Assembly (NCBI GenBank): GCA_964573695.1
Contig: CAZNKB010000001.1
Coordinates: 231 to 64,230, forward strand
DNA length: 64,000 bases
Source of the DNA: an uncultured Gammaproteobacteria bacterium
GTDB taxonomy: Bacteria; Patescibacteriota; Microgenomatia; UBA10105; UBA927
Direction of reading: 5' to 3'
The notes under the pieces are model-generated. The model saw only the letters and a program-made list of their open reading frames with translations. It searched no databases and was not told the origin of the DNA. Of this stretch, positions 48,997-59,674 are shown piece by piece. Position 1 is the stretch's first letter, and each line of letters opens with the position of its first letter. Both the position numbers and the translations under genes were made by a program.

Positions 48997-50369
48997 TCCT
49001 TTCCGGTAATTTCCGTAGAAAATTGCAGTAGCTTATCTATAAGTTCTGCCTCTTTTTTTTCACCCTGACCAAACACTTCGCGGGTTTCCCGAGGATCTTC
49101 GGCGATATGATAAAGTTGCTTCGATTGATTTTCTTCGTCTGCAATAAGTTTCCACTTATCGAATGAGCGGATAGATTTTTTGAACGTGGCATATCGATAG
49201 TCGGTTTCTGCATACAGATCAAGATTTATGTCTCTTCCTGTAAGTACCGGCAACAAACTCACACCGTTTAGTTGACTGGCGAAATCCTTATCAGGAGCCT
49301 CCCCTACAAGATCGAATATGGTAGGCATAATGTCGATATTACGTACTTGTGAAGTGATTTTCTTGTTCCCGGCTTGCCCCGGAATCACCATAATAAGCGG
49401 GATATGGAGAACTTCGTCATACAGCGTCATACCATGGTCGATCCTGCCATGCTCATAAAACTCATCTCCGTGATTGGATGTAAATATTACGATTGTTTTT
49501 TCTGACAAGGAAAGGTCTTCTATTTGTTTGATTATCTGATAAATTGCCTCATCGGCACGAGCTACCTTTTCGTCGTATATACTCCGAAGGAATGCGACGT
49601 CTTGGGGAGTAAGATATATCCTCCCACCCATAACACCTTCCTCACGAAGAGACTTCTGCTCTTCAGTTGCGCCTGTCAGTGAACCTGTATAAGAAGCGCT
49701 TACATATCGACGGTCGTACCCTCCACTTGGCATATATTGGCCATGCACATCAAAGGCGTGGATAAATAGGAACATTTTTTCCTTACTATGCTTCTTGATA
49801 AATTCGAGAGCGTGCGGGATCACGAGTGGCAAACCGTCAAAGGAATCCCCGCTTATGTATTGGTCAAACCCGGTATCAAATCCATACGAAGCGGCAAGAG
49901 CGGCGCCCCCGGCAAATCCCCCAGTCACGTATCCCCGCGATTTTAAAAATGAAGCCATGGTTTTGATATTTGGAGCCGTTTCGGATAAGCGGGCAGGTAC
50001 CAACTTCTGTTGTTTGTCTGGAGAAATCAGTTCTTTATTGACAATATGGTGAACCGAAGGATACACGCCGGTCATGAGACTCATCGCCGACGGCAATGTC
50101 CAAGGCGCTACGGCAAATGCATCGGAAAAAAGGAAACCCTTGCGCGCAAGTGCATCTATATTCGGCGTTGTAGGCCTTGAGTTACCGTACGACGACAGCG
50201 CGTCTGCGCGAAGAGGATCAAGCGCTATCAGCACGACATTGCAATCTTTGCAGGAAACCGTTGGGGCGAGAGGTGCGTATCGCTTCATTCCCCATATAGC
50301 TGCTGCCGCTATCACTATACCGATAAGAATATATATCCTTACTGATTTCCCAAGGATCATAATAATCAA
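48993..50369 (-). CDS. Membrane-anchored sulfatase-like hydrolase/transferase (paralog)
   Basis: CKDCNVVLIALDPLRAD...TPN.D.....G..F..A...APWTLPS..SLMTG.YP..H. Confidence 0.6.
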   Translation of the reverse strand: MIIMILGKSVRIYILIGIVIAAAAIWGMKRYAPLAPTVSCKDCNVVLIALDPLRADALSSYGNSRPTTPNIDALARKGFLFSDAFAVAPWTLPSAMSLMTGVYPSVHHIVNKELISPDKQQKLVPARLSETAPNIKTMASFLKSRGYVTGGFAGGAALAASYGFDTGFDQYISGDSFDGLPLVIPHALEFIKKHSKEKMFLFIHAFDVHGQYMPSGGYDRRYVSASYTGSLTGATEEQKSLREEGVMGGRIYLTPQDVAFLRSIYDEKVARADEAIYQIIKQIEDLSLSEKTIVIFTSNHGDEFYEHGRIDHGMTLYDEVLHIPLIMVIPGQAGNKKITSQVRNIDIMPTIFDLVGEAPDKDFASQLNGVSLLPVLTGRDINLDLYAETDYRYATFKKSIRSFDKWKLIADEENQSKQLYHIAEDPRETREVFGQGEKKEAELIDKLLQFSTEITGKE

Positions 50370-50378
50370 CTATAATAC

Positions 50379-50993
50379 ATGAGTCAGCATATGACCAGTA
50401 AACGAAACCTGCTTTTGATTTTTTTTGCCTCTTTCGCGGTCGTTTTGGCAATACTATGGCGGCAATCCCGGCCGGCAACGGTATGCGAAAGCCTTTCATG
50501 TATACGGATGAAAAATATTTCAGGCTTTCAGGAAAAGGATATTTACAGCAACACCGAACAAACCTATCGCGCTTTGTATACTCAAGCGAACCGCTTTATA
50601 CGCATAGAAGTGCAACATGCCACACCCGGATCCGCCCAAGAGGAATTGGATGCCGCGGTTACAAAAGTAAAAGCCATGTACGAAAAAGCGCCGGCGCCCT
50701 ACCCGGGAGAAATTTCCGATGCCATAGTCTGTGATCCACGGTTTATCCCGACGTACGAAGAAATTAATCAGGACTCCCGACGCACGGCACTATTTACAGG
50801 ATACCTCAACAATCGCATGACCTTTGGATCCTGCTCGCAAGATCAGGCGGTGTATCGTGGAATTCTTGCACTCACCTATTGTCCTAAGCGGTCATTATTG
50901 ATCCGTTTAGAGCTTATCGCCCCAACAGCGGATTTTGACTCCAACGAAAATGAGCTCATGGGTCAGATGCGTACGCTCGCGTGTGCCAAGTAA
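50379..50993 (+). CDS. Hypothetical membrane-anchored protein
   Basis: N-terminal TM. No recognisable domain. Sits between convergently and divergently oriented genes. Confidence 0.35.
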   Translation: MSQHMTSKRNLLLIFFASFAVVLAILWRQSRPATVCESLSCIRMKNISGFQEKDIYSNTEQTYRALYTQANRFIRIEVQHATPGSAQEELDAAVTKVKAMYEKAPAPYPGEISDAIVCDPRFIPTYEEINQDSRRTALFTGYLNNRMTFGSCSQDQAVYRGILALTYCPKRSLLIRLELIAPTADFDSNENELMGQMRTLACAK

Positions 50994-50994
50994 C

Positions 50995-53025
50995 TCACCG
51001 TGTAAAAATCTCCAGCGCCTTCCCCTGAACAAAATCCGGCTGCTTTACTCCAAGCGCCTTCATGATTGTCGGATATTGTTGGATAAGGGAAAACGGCTTA
51101 TCACCCAGGAAATTATTCTTCTTCACCCCCGGCCCGGCCATGACAAACGGCGTCCACATACCAGGTACATCGGCAGCCTTTATCGCCTGTTTGTATCCTG
51201 ACACGTAAGGAGCAGCAAACGGAGCCAGGTCAGCTGTCATCTCTTCGTTCCAACCGTATCCCGGGGTATTTGCGATCACGAGGTCCCCGATTCTGTCCGG
51301 ATCGAGTTGCATATAGGATTTTGCATCTTCCCATTTTACAACCTCGACCACCGGCGCTACCCCATTTTCATCCTTTAGATCCTTAAGCGTCCTGGTGACT
51401 TCACTGCGAAGCGCTTCATAAGCAGGCCCTGAGGCGCGTACGTATTTACCGGCCAATCCATTGGGATTGATATACACGTGTGCCATTTTCAAATACATGA
51501 CCTTTGATTGCTTCCAGTCAATAATTGGCTCCCCGGTTTTGGCATCAATCGTAAATTTAAGCCAACCCTTTTTGGCAAATACGTTATTGAGATTCACGCT
51601 CCGATCAAGCGGAACCGCTCCGTGATCACTGCTTAAAACGATATAAGTATTATTATCAGCAACCTTCAATATCTCGCCGACCATGCCGTCCAATCGTTTG
51701 TACATATCCTGCACCTCTGTCCATAACTGTTCCCGCTCTTCCGGTGTTTTGGCGGCATAATTCACACTTTTAGGATCCACACCACTCATCCACCACTTGC
51801 TTGTCAGCATCTGATTGGGCGTATAAATATCATGAATGACCACGTCAGGCGAAAATTCTTTCACCATGGCACCCACGGCTTTGGTATGCCAGTCGAATGA
51901 AAGTTTTGCCTCGTCCATGAAAGCTTTTTTATCTTCAGGATAGTAAACAAGCTGCGCGGGGAAATTATCCGCAAAGTCCACCATTGGACCCACGGATTTT
52001 TCCAACGCGTCGGCAGCCGCTTCCGGGAAAGTAATATTTCTGTTTAACGCATCGTAGAGGATGCGTATCCTAAAGAAACCGTTATCTCCAAGCTTGATCA
52101 CTCCGGCCTTCATATGGGACGCCACATTGACGGAAGCGTCTGCCGTTTTCCAAACCAGAGTAATCGGCTGCCAGTCGGTCCAGTCGCCAACGGCGATATC
52201 CCCGAGTTTTGATTTTTTATCCAATGAAAACATAACGCGATCAGGAGTCTTTTTTTCGTCGTTGGTACTGTCATAAATATATGCAAAAACCGGCGTACCC
52301 CACCCGACCAGCTTGACTTCAAGCGCATCGGAAAAACTCATGGGAGGAGCCTCCCAACCCTCCGGCTTCACTCCGTCTAAGTATTGCGTAAGCTGCGGGC
52401 CGAAAAAAAACAGCTTCGTTCCGCGCCCTTGCATTTTCCGCCGTGTCAGATCGCCAAGCGTCTCGAAGTTAAGCGATGCAAAATCAGCTCCCCAGCCTCC
52501 CCAGCGCCCACGGATCACAACCCCTTTCTGTACTTCGGGGGGAGTAGAGCCGGGAACGGACAGAATCGCCACTTTCATACCTGCTTCTTCTAACGTTTTC
52601 CATATCGGAGCGACCTTTTTGGCAGTCGAACGGAAGCCCGGAACAGCAACTGCGTCAAGCGGCTTACCTACCTCACGCATGGGACCGTCATCGACTCCGT
52701 GCACCTCCGGCATGGAACCGGTAAGGAGTGTGGCAAAATTGGTCGGTGTATGACTTGGAAAATTCGGGTAAGAATACCCGTATGTTCCCCGATCCATAAG
52801 TTTTTTGATATTCGGCAATTTACCTTCTTTGGCCCAGGCGAAAATATTGAAAAGATCCGGTTCAGCACGCATACCGTCCGGGATAAACCAATAGAGTTTT
52901 ACATGTTGTCTGGCGGGGGCATTTCGCTTCGAGTAGACAAAACCTGCTGCAAACACGAGAACGAGAACGAGAAAAAATAATTTCTTCATAAGGCAAAGCG
53001 TAGTACTTTTGTATGGGCGAGTCAA
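50995..53025 (-). CDS. Alkaline phosphatase superfamily protein (type I phosphodiesterase/nucleotide pyrophosphatase-like), secreted/membrane-anchored
   Basis: Signal anchor; motif YPNFPSHTPTNFATLLTG typical of PF01663-like enzymes. Confidence 0.6.
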   Translation of the reverse strand: MTRPYKSTTLCLMKKLFFLVLVLVFAAGFVYSKRNAPARQHVKLYWFIPDGMRAEPDLFNIFAWAKEGKLPNIKKLMDRGTYGYSYPNFPSHTPTNFATLLTGSMPEVHGVDDGPMREVGKPLDAVAVPGFRSTAKKVAPIWKTLEEAGMKVAILSVPGSTPPEVQKGVVIRGRWGGWGADFASLNFETLGDLTRRKMQGRGTKLFFFGPQLTQYLDGVKPEGWEAPPMSFSDALEVKLVGWGTPVFAYIYDSTNDEKKTPDRVMFSLDKKSKLGDIAVGDWTDWQPITLVWKTADASVNVASHMKAGVIKLGDNGFFRIRILYDALNRNITFPEAAADALEKSVGPMVDFADNFPAQLVYYPEDKKAFMDEAKLSFDWHTKAVGAMVKEFSPDVVIHDIYTPNQMLTSKWWMSGVDPKSVNYAAKTPEEREQLWTEVQDMYKRLDGMVGEILKVADNNTYIVLSSDHGAVPLDRSVNLNNVFAKKGWLKFTIDAKTGEPIIDWKQSKVMYLKMAHVYINPNGLAGKYVRASGPAYEALRSEVTRTLKDLKDENGVAPVVEVVKWEDAKSYMQLDPDRIGDLVIANTPGYGWNEEMTADLAPFAAPYVSGYKQAIKAADVPGMWTPFVMAGPGVKKNNFLGDKPFSLIQQYPTIMKALGVKQPDFVQGKALEIFTR

Positions 53026-53031
53026 GAATAC

Positions 53032-53808
53032 TTACCGCAGTGGAAGCGGCGTGAGAATGAGAGGCGCTCCGTCGCAAACGGCGACCGACATCTCAAAAAC
53101 TGCAGACAACGAATGATCCTTTGTCGCTATCGACCAGCCGTCATCCAGATAGCACAATGTCGGACTCCCTTTCGTATAAATCACTTCGATCGCCACTGTC
53201 ATACCGGCCGTCAAACGTGGTGTTTTATCGATACTCCCCTTGAGAAATCCCGGAATCTGCGGCGGTTCGTGGAGGGTCGTTCCGATGCCGTGACCAACCA
53301 ATGATTTGGCTATTCCGTATCCCGCCCCTTCTACAATTTCCTGTATGGTTTTTGAGATAAGCCCCACTCGAACGCCGTTCGTAACCTTGGCTACCGCTTT
53401 TTGGAGAGCTGTCTGACCCGCGGCCAGGAACGTCACGACATCAGAAGGTATTTCGTAGGAACTATTGGAATCACAAATCACCTTGGTCCAGGCCGTATCC
53501 GAGTGATATGTTTTATTGATCAGTCCTATATCGATCGTCAGGAGATCCCCTTCCTTTAGTTTGTATCCGGTAGGAATTCCATGGACGATAACATCGTTTA
53601 CACAAAGACATGTTGCCCATTTGTAATCGGCGACTGTCGAAAACGACGGTTTCATTCCGGCTTCCTTTATGCGTTTTTGGGCAAGCGCTTCAATCTCCAG
53701 AAGGGTTACCCCGGGGACAGAAAAATCCAATACTTCGCGCAACACAGAAGCCAATACTTTTCCTCCTTCCGTCATCGCTGCAATTTTTTGGGTGTCTTTT
53801 TGGTTCAT
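53032..53808 (-). CDS. map: Methionine aminopeptidase type I
   Basis: Conserved D..D..H..E..E metal ligands pattern (DIG...Y.SD...T; HGIG...HE). Confidence 0.85.
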   Translation of the reverse strand: MNQKDTQKIAAMTEGGKVLASVLREVLDFSVPGVTLLEIEALAQKRIKEAGMKPSFSTVADYKWATCLCVNDVIVHGIPTGYKLKEGDLLTIDIGLINKTYHSDTAWTKVICDSNSSYEIPSDVVTFLAAGQTALQKAVAKVTNGVRVGLISKTIQEIVEGAGYGIAKSLVGHGIGTTLHEPPQIPGFLKGSIDKTPRLTAGMTVAIEVIYTKGSPTLCYLDDGWSIATKDHSLSAVFEMSVAVCDGAPLILTPLPLR

Positions 53809-54494
53809 AGCAGATTTCGTTTTGTAAGCTCCGCGATAATTAATGCGACAACCTTCTCCTGGGTTATTCCGGTCGTGTCGAGTTCCCAGGCATCCGGTAA
53901 CTTTTGTAACGGATCTGCGACCCGTGAAGTATCCTGTTCATCCCGCCGCTTCGTATCCTCAATCATGTCCTCTAACCTCATATCCTTTCCTGCTTTCTTG
54001 TATTGCTCGAGGCGGCGCTTCGCCCGCTCATACGGGTCGGCCGTTAAATAAATCTTTATATCAGCATTCGGAAGCACTCGAAGCCCGATATCCCTACCTT
54101 CCATAACCACCGATTTTCCCTGCGCCAGCTCCTGCTGACGCTTTACCATATACTTCCTGACTTCCGGAATAACACCGACATCAGATGCCCCGATATCTAT
54201 ATCAGGGGTAAATAACAATCCGGTGACGTCTTCCCCGTTCACGAGGACACGGTATGGCCGGTTGTCCCCCCCAAGCGGGGGTACTAAATCTATAAGAGAA
54301 TCCGACAGCGAGGAAAGAACTGAGGCGGAATCTTTCGATGAGACGCCTTTTCGCTTACAAATAAGGGCGAGTGCCCGATACATGGCTCCTGTATAGATAA
54401 ATACGAGTCCCAATGCCTGTGCGAGTTTTGCGGAGATATCCGTTTTTCCGGAACCCACCGGACCGTCAATTGCTATTTGCAACCCCGATTTCAT
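53805..54494 (-). CDS. cmk: Cytidylate kinase
   Basis: IAIDGP.GSGK; GRDIG; RA.RR. Confidence 0.8.
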   Translation of the reverse strand: MKSGLQIAIDGPVGSGKTDISAKLAQALGLVFIYTGAMYRALALICKRKGVSSKDSASVLSSLSDSLIDLVPPLGGDNRPYRVLVNGEDVTGLLFTPDIDIGASDVGVIPEVRKYMVKRQQELAQGKSVVMEGRDIGLRVLPNADIKIYLTADPYERAKRRLEQYKKAGKDMRLEDMIEDTKRRDEQDTSRVADPLQKLPDAWELDTTGITQEKVVALIIAELTKRNLL

Positions 54495-55042
54495 TCAACC
54501 CCTAACCCCTTCAATATCTGCTGCGTGACTTCTTCGATTGTCTTTTCACCGTCTACTTCGAGTAATCTGCTTTGTTTACGGTAATACTCAAGCACCGGCT
54601 CGGTCACGTCATGGAACAACTGGATACGTTTGCGTATAGCCTGCAGGGTGTTATCCTCACGTATACCGTCTTCAAATCTTCCGCTTAACCTCCATAGGGC
54701 TTCCTTATCCGTTACCTTAAGGTATATCACGCGCTCAACTCCGTTGGTAAAGTCCTCTGCCTGTTTCGAAGTCCTCGGAAATCCATCGAGAATATATCCA
54801 TTCTTGTATTCCGGTTTCGCCAAATATTCCTCGATAATCGGAATCGCTTTTTCATCCGGAATTAAATACCCCGCATTGAGCGTCTCCTTGACATACCTTC
54901 CCCACGATGTTTTCTCCTGGGACATCTGCCGAAAAATGTGTCCGCTGGAAAGATATGGGATATTGAGTCGCTCACTTAATATATTGCCCTGAGTTGATTT
55001 ACCAGAACCCTGAATTCCCACAAGAATAAGCTTCATAACCAC
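54491..55042 (-). CDS. adk: Adenylate kinase (short form without Zn lid)
   Basis: G.QGSGKSTQ P-loop; DGFPRT. Confidence 0.8.
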   Translation of the reverse strand: MVMKLILVGIQGSGKSTQGNILSERLNIPYLSSGHIFRQMSQEKTSWGRYVKETLNAGYLIPDEKAIPIIEEYLAKPEYKNGYILDGFPRTSKQAEDFTNGVERVIYLKVTDKEALWRLSGRFEDGIREDNTLQAIRKRIQLFHDVTEPVLEYYRKQSRLLEVDGEKTIEEVTQQILKGLGVE

Positions 55043-55071
55043 ATGAGTCCTTTCTTGTCCCGCTTGCGGGA

Positions 55072-56391
55072 CTATTCCATGAATCCTTCGTAATTACGCA
55101 TAACCAACTGTGCTTCCAGCGCTTTAACCGTTTCCAACACTACCGATACGACGATAAGCACTCCCGTGCCGCCGATAAGCAATGTCGAAAGCCCGGATAC
55201 ACCGCGCGCGAGAGACGGAAATACTGCCAAAATTCCCAAAAACAACGCGCCTGCAAGAGTGATACGCGTCAATATGTAGTTTAAGTAATTCGCCGTCGGG
55301 CTCCCCGGTCTGATCCCAGGGATAAATCCGCCGTATTTTTGGATTTCTCCGGCTATTTTTTGCGGGTTAAACGTAATAGCCGTATAAAAATAGGTAAATC
55401 CGATAACTAGGAAAAAATAAATCAAATTATACGAAAGGCCATTGGGATTAAATGCCGCTGTCAAAAATCTGCCGAGACCGGCCAGCGCGGGATTGGCAAG
55501 CTGCTGCAAAAATCCGCCCAAAAGCGACGGCAACAATACCAGCGAAACGGCGAAGATAATCGGAATAACTCCCGCCTGATTGACGCGCAGCGGCAGGTAT
55601 GACGTATTACCTCCGTACATTTTGTTCCCCCGAATACGCCGTGCATAATGCACAGGGATCCTCCGCACAGCTTCATTCATAAACACTGTGCCGGCAATTA
55701 CTACGAGGGCCACAAAACCAAACAACGCGACGTTCGTAAGTTGTTCCGGCTGAAATACGCTGGCCGTCTGAAACATAACTACAGGAAGCCGTCCGACTAT
55801 TCCGGCAAAAATAAGAAGTGAGATACCGTTACCGACGCCGTACTCAGTGATAAGCTCACCCAACCACATAACGAAAAGCGTCCCCGCAGTCATCGTCAAA
55901 ACGACGGCAACCAGCGTAAGCGGATCCATATTGCCGACAATCCCCTGATTCCTAAGCAACATGTACATACCAATAGACTGCATAGCTGCTAGCGGCACGG
56001 TAATAAACCGCGTGTATTGGTTAATTTTCTCTCGGCCGAACTCTCCTTCTTTCTGCAATTCTTCGAGCTTTGGGAATACTATCGTCAGGAGTTGTAAGAT
56101 GATCGACGCATTGATATACGGATTAAGTCCCAAAGCAAGGACTGAAAAATTGACAAGCGTTCCGCCCGAAAAAATATCCAAAAGTCCTAAAAATTGGTTC
56201 TGGGAAAAAAGTAACGCCAACTTCGTGCGGTCTATTCCGGGAATAGGTACGTGGGCGAAAACACGAAAAATGACAAAAATCAAAGCAGTAAGCAATATTT
56301 TACGCCGTAATTCAGGCGATTTCCAACTGTTGACCAGGGCAGTCAATATTGTATTCATGTTTTGATGATCCCGATGATATCGGCTCAACAA
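55072..56391 (-). CDS. secY: Protein translocase subunit SecY
   Basis: 10-TM SecY pattern; lies between adk and rplO. The true start is possibly the ATG at 56358. Confidence 0.9.
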   Translation of the reverse strand: MLSRYHRDHQNMNTILTALVNSWKSPELRRKILLTALIFVIFRVFAHVPIPGIDRTKLALLFSQNQFLGLLDIFSGGTLVNFSVLALGLNPYINASIILQLLTIVFPKLEELQKEGEFGREKINQYTRFITVPLAAMQSIGMYMLLRNQGIVGNMDPLTLVAVVLTMTAGTLFVMWLGELITEYGVGNGISLLIFAGIVGRLPVVMFQTASVFQPEQLTNVALFGFVALVVIAGTVFMNEAVRRIPVHYARRIRGNKMYGGNTSYLPLRVNQAGVIPIIFAVSLVLLPSLLGGFLQQLANPALAGLGRFLTAAFNPNGLSYNLIYFFLVIGFTYFYTAITFNPQKIAGEIQKYGGFIPGIRPGSPTANYLNYILTRITLAGALFLGILAVFPSLARGVSGLSTLLIGGTGVLIVVSVVLETVKALEAQLVMRNYEGFME

Positions 56392-56402
56392 TTTGGATTA
56401 TA

Positions 56403-56828
56403 TCAGGCGATGTTTCCACCTGCTTTTTCAATCGACTTGCGAGCACTTTCGGAACAGGGAACGGACACGTTAAGCGCGACAGACAGGACGCCACCGGAAA
56501 GTATCTTGACCTCCGCTACATTCTCGTTAACTATCTGTAGTTTTTTAAGAGATGCCAGGGTAACCGCGGATCCCGCCTCAAATACCGAAAGCATACCTGT
56601 CGTTATCGTGACTGGCTTAGATTGCCGTGACTTATTGCGCTGTTTGCCCCTCAAAAACGGCAACCGCTTCATGACGGACAACTGCCCTCCCTCAAAATGA
56701 GGAGGGATCGTGCCTCGGGCTTTTTGACCTTTCGTCCCGCGACCGGCAGTCTTGCCCCGACCGGATCCGTGACCACGTCCCAATCGTTTTTTGCTTCGTT
56801 CGACTGTTTTATGTAATGTATGTATCAT
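56403..56828 (-). CDS. rplO: 50S ribosomal protein L15
   Basis: KR.GRG.GSG.GKT.GRG.KGQK.R. Confidence 0.9.
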   Translation of the reverse strand: MIHTLHKTVERSKKRLGRGHGSGRGKTAGRGTKGQKARGTIPPHFEGGQLSVMKRLPFLRGKQRNKSRQSKPVTITTGMLSVFEAGSAVTLASLKKLQIVNENVAEVKILSGGVLSVALNVSVPCSESARKSIEKAGGNIA

Positions 56829-56843
56829 AATATATAGCGTAAT

Positions 56844-57326
56844 TTATGATTTTTTCTTCGCCTTGAGCTGCTTGAGCGCTTCCATAGTAGCATAGACATT
56901 GGATGCTTTGTTGCTTGTGCCCAATATCTTGGAAACAATATCGCGGATTCCCGCCGCTTCAACCACTGCGCGTACCGGACCTCCGGCTATGACTCCTGTT
57001 CCTGCCGGTGCCGGCTTTAACATGATCCTAGCGGCTCCGAGTTTTACAAAAACCACGTGTGGAATCGTTGTTTTGTTAAGTGGGATCGTAATAAGATGCT
57101 TCCGTGCATAAAGTACTGCCTTTTTGACGGCTGCAGACACATCGGGTGCCCCGCCTAAACCGGCGCCGACACGACCTTTTTTGTCGCCGACTACGACAAG
57201 CACGGAAAATCCGATTTTGTTGCCGCCTTTGGTTTTTTTGGAGACACGGTTCACCTGAACGACTTTTTCTTCAAACTCGCTCGGAATCCCCCGGTCAGGA
57301 CGTCTGTTGTTTCCGTAATTCATCAT
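56844..57326 (-). CDS. rpsE: 30S ribosomal protein S5
   Basis: V..VNRV.K..KGG....F..LVVVGD..G.VG.G.GKA. Confidence 0.9.
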   Translation of the reverse strand: MMNYGNNRRPDRGIPSEFEEKVVQVNRVSKKTKGGNKIGFSVLVVVGDKKGRVGAGLGGAPDVSAAVKKAVLYARKHLITIPLNKTTIPHVVFVKLGAARIMLKPAPAGTGVIAGGPVRAVVEAAGIRDIVSKILGTSNKASNVYATMEALKQLKAKKKS

Positions 57327-57652
57327 ACTTCTAATCCTCCTTCTCGGACTGCATCAGCAAGAGCTTTCACTGCGCCATGATATCGGTAACCCGAGCGGTC
57401 AAATACAACTTTCGTAATTTTTTTGGCCTTTGCCATATCTGCAATTGTTTTCCCCAAAGACACTGCTGCACTGATATTCTTGCCTTTGATCCACGCGGAC
57501 ACTATCGTCACGGCTTTACCATCGTCAATAAGCTGTGCCACCATGCGCATATTCGAGCGGAATATGGCAAGTCTGGGTCGCTCTTGCGTTCCGCTTAGTT
57601 TGCGGCGGATCGACAATTTACGCTTGAGTCTCATTTCTTTTTTCGTTTTCAT
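57323..57652 (-). CDS. rplR: 50S ribosomal protein L18
   Basis: RPRL..FRSN.....Q.IDD....T...AS. Confidence 0.9.
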   Translation of the reverse strand: MKTKKEMRLKRKLSIRRKLSGTQERPRLAIFRSNMRMVAQLIDDGKAVTIVSAWIKGKNISAAVSLGKTIADMAKAKKITKVVFDRSGYRYHGAVKALADAVREGGLEV

Positions 57653-57654
57653 AA

Positions 57655-58233
57655 TTATTTAGCTCCGGGAGCTCCTCCGACTGCTTTAGCTGACTTCCCT
57701 GCTTTTTTGCGGATATGTTCACCTGTGTATTTGATGCCTTTACCTTTGTATGGCTCAGGAGGCTTCACCCCTCTTACAGAGGCTGCCACTTGACCCACCA
57801 AATATTTGTCGATTCCCGTAACCATGATTTTTCCTTCCGTCACGGCAAACGTAATTCCCTGAGGAGGGGTTAACGTAACCGTATGGGAAAACCCGACGGA
57901 AAGCGCGAGGTCGGCACCGTTTAGTGCCGCGCGGTATCCTACCCCGGAAAGCTCCAGTTGCTTCGACCAACCCTTGGTCACGCCGGTTATGGAATTTTTC
58001 ATAAGGGCAACTACCGTACCGTGCTGAGCTTTGGTTTTTCGGTCATTTCGTGTTCTCGATGCGACGATCGTCCCACCCTCCTGTGCCACGGCGATACCGT
58101 CCGGGATAACAACGGTCAATTCCCCTTTTGATCCTTTAAACACCACGGATCGGGGGGTTACCGTAACCGTAACGTCTTTTGCAACTTCTACTGGTGTGTT
58201 TCCAATTCGTGACATACAAGCACTCCTTACCAA
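57655..58233 (-). CDS. rplF: 50S ribosomal protein L6
   Basis: SRIG..P......V.V.......KG.KG.L. Confidence 0.9.
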   Translation of the reverse strand: MVRSACMSRIGNTPVEVAKDVTVTVTPRSVVFKGSKGELTVVIPDGIAVAQEGGTIVASRTRNDRKTKAQHGTVVALMKNSITGVTKGWSKQLELSGVGYRAALNGADLALSVGFSHTVTLTPPQGITFAVTEGKIMVTGIDKYLVGQVAASVRGVKPPEPYKGKGIKYTGEHIRKKAGKSAKAVGGAPGAK

Positions 58234-58622
58234 ACTTCACACAATAATTCTCCGCCGACTCCTTGTTTTCTCGCTTCTTTACCACTCATTACCCCATTGG
58301 GAGTAGATATAATGGCAACCCCTTGCCCCCCCATAACCATAGGGATCTTCTTTTTGTTGATATACCACCGCAGTCCTGGCTTACTTACCCGCTTAACACC
58401 GGTTAACAATGGCTCTTTTCCTTCATACGTAAGTTCCAACCGAAGTAGGGCTCCATGAGCGCCCTTTGCCTCTTCCACATGAGAAAGATACCCCTCACGT
58501 GCCAATAGTTTGGCCACGGCAACCTTTAACTTGCTACTGGGCAATTCCACACTTTTCTTGTGCGCTAAAGCCGCATTTCTTATGCGGGTTAACATGTCTC
58601 CGATTGGATCGCTTATCATCAT
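58227..58622 (-). CDS. rpsH: 30S ribosomal protein S8
   Basis: DPI.DMLTRIRNA. Confidence 0.9.
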   Translation of the reverse strand: MMISDPIGDMLTRIRNAALAHKKSVELPSSKLKVAVAKLLAREGYLSHVEEAKGAHGALLRLELTYEGKEPLLTGVKRVSKPGLRWYINKKKIPMVMGGQGVAIISTPNGVMSGKEARKQGVGGELLCEVW

Positions 58623-58635
58623 AACGGTATCTCCT

Positions 58636-58821
58636 TTACCACGACGCTTTCACCACTCCCGGAAGTTCGCCTTTGTGGGCGAGCTTACGGAAACAGATAC
58701 GGCACAATTTAAACTTCCGCATATATGCCCGACTTCTTCCACAAAGCATACAGCGGTTTCTGTGTCTGACACTGAATTTTTGTTTGTGCTCGAATTTCAC
58801 AACATCTGATGTTTTTGCCAT
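58636..58821 (-). CDS. rpsN: 30S ribosomal protein S14 type Z (Zn-binding, 61 aa)
   Basis: MAKTS...K......KF.VR..NRC..CGR..AY.RKF.LCR.CFR; two CxxC. Confidence 0.85.
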   Translation of the reverse strand: MAKTSDVVKFEHKQKFSVRHRNRCMLCGRSRAYMRKFKLCRICFRKLAHKGELPGVVKASW

Positions 58822-58822
58822 A

Positions 58823-59371
58823 TTATTTCTCCTTTGCAAACGGCAGACCCAAAGCCGCCAGCAACGCTCGTCCGGCAGTGTCATTTCCTGCGCTCGTCAC
58901 AAATGTTATTTCAAACCCTCTCGCTTTGTCGATAAGACTATATTCTAACTCCGGAAATATCGACTGCTCGTTAAGCCCCAGCGTATAATTTCCCCTTCCG
59001 TCAAATCCACGGATAGGAATACCGCGAAAATCACGCACGCGGGGCAACGCGACCACCGTAAGACGGGTGACAAAATCATACATCCGTATTCCGCGAAGTG
59101 TAACACGTAATCCCACCGGATCTCCTGCGCGGAGCTTAAACGTCGATATCGCCTGCTTGGCTCTGGTAATATGCGGACGTTGTCCGGTAATAATCCCCAA
59201 CTGTTCGCGGGCCTTGTCAATTACCTTTTTGTCTTTTTGCGCTTCCGCTCCGATTCCACAGTTAATGACCACTTTGATAAGCTTGGGCACTGCCATGAGA
59301 TTCTTTATCCCCAACTCAGTCATGAGTTTGGAAATTAATTCTTTTTTATAGGTGTCTTGTAAGCCGTTCAT
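58823..59371 (-). CDS. rplE: 50S ribosomal protein L5
   Basis: ...NLM..P...K.V.N.G.GEA. Confidence 0.9.
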   Translation of the reverse strand: MNGLQDTYKKELISKLMTELGIKNLMAVPKLIKVVINCGIGAEAQKDKKVIDKAREQLGIITGQRPHITRAKQAISTFKLRAGDPVGLRVTLRGIRMYDFVTRLTVVALPRVRDFRGIPIRGFDGRGNYTLGLNEQSIFPELEYSLIDKARGFEITFVTSAGNDTAGRALLAALGLPFAKEK

Positions 59372-59673
59372 ATCTTTTTACCGCACTTTCTACAAATCCG
59401 CACTTTTTCATTTTTCGAAACCAATATACCGATGCGGGTAGGCTTTCCGCATGACGGACAAATCAAAGCCAATTTGGACACATTGATCGGCTTGACAATG
59501 TCGATGATCCCTCCGGGGTTTTTATCGTCTTTTCGCTTCATATGTCGCTTGGAGACATTCACTCCCGGGACAACCACCGTTACATCTTCAGGATTCACTT
59601 TTTCGATTTTTCCTTTGTGACCCTTATCTTTGCCGACCGTCACGATAATTGTGTCGCCTTTTTTGAATTTCAT
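59368..59673 (-). CDS. rplX: 50S ribosomal protein L24 with C-terminal Cys4 zinc-ribbon-like tail
   Basis: N-terminal KOW (KKGDTIIVTVGKDKGHKGKI); C-terminal CPSCG...CRKCG. Confidence 0.85.
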   Translation of the reverse strand: MKFKKGDTIIVTVGKDKGHKGKIEKVNPEDVTVVVPGVNVSKRHMKRKDDKNPGGIIDIVKPINVSKLALICPSCGKPTRIGILVSKNEKVRICRKCGKKI

Positions 59674-59674
59674 A

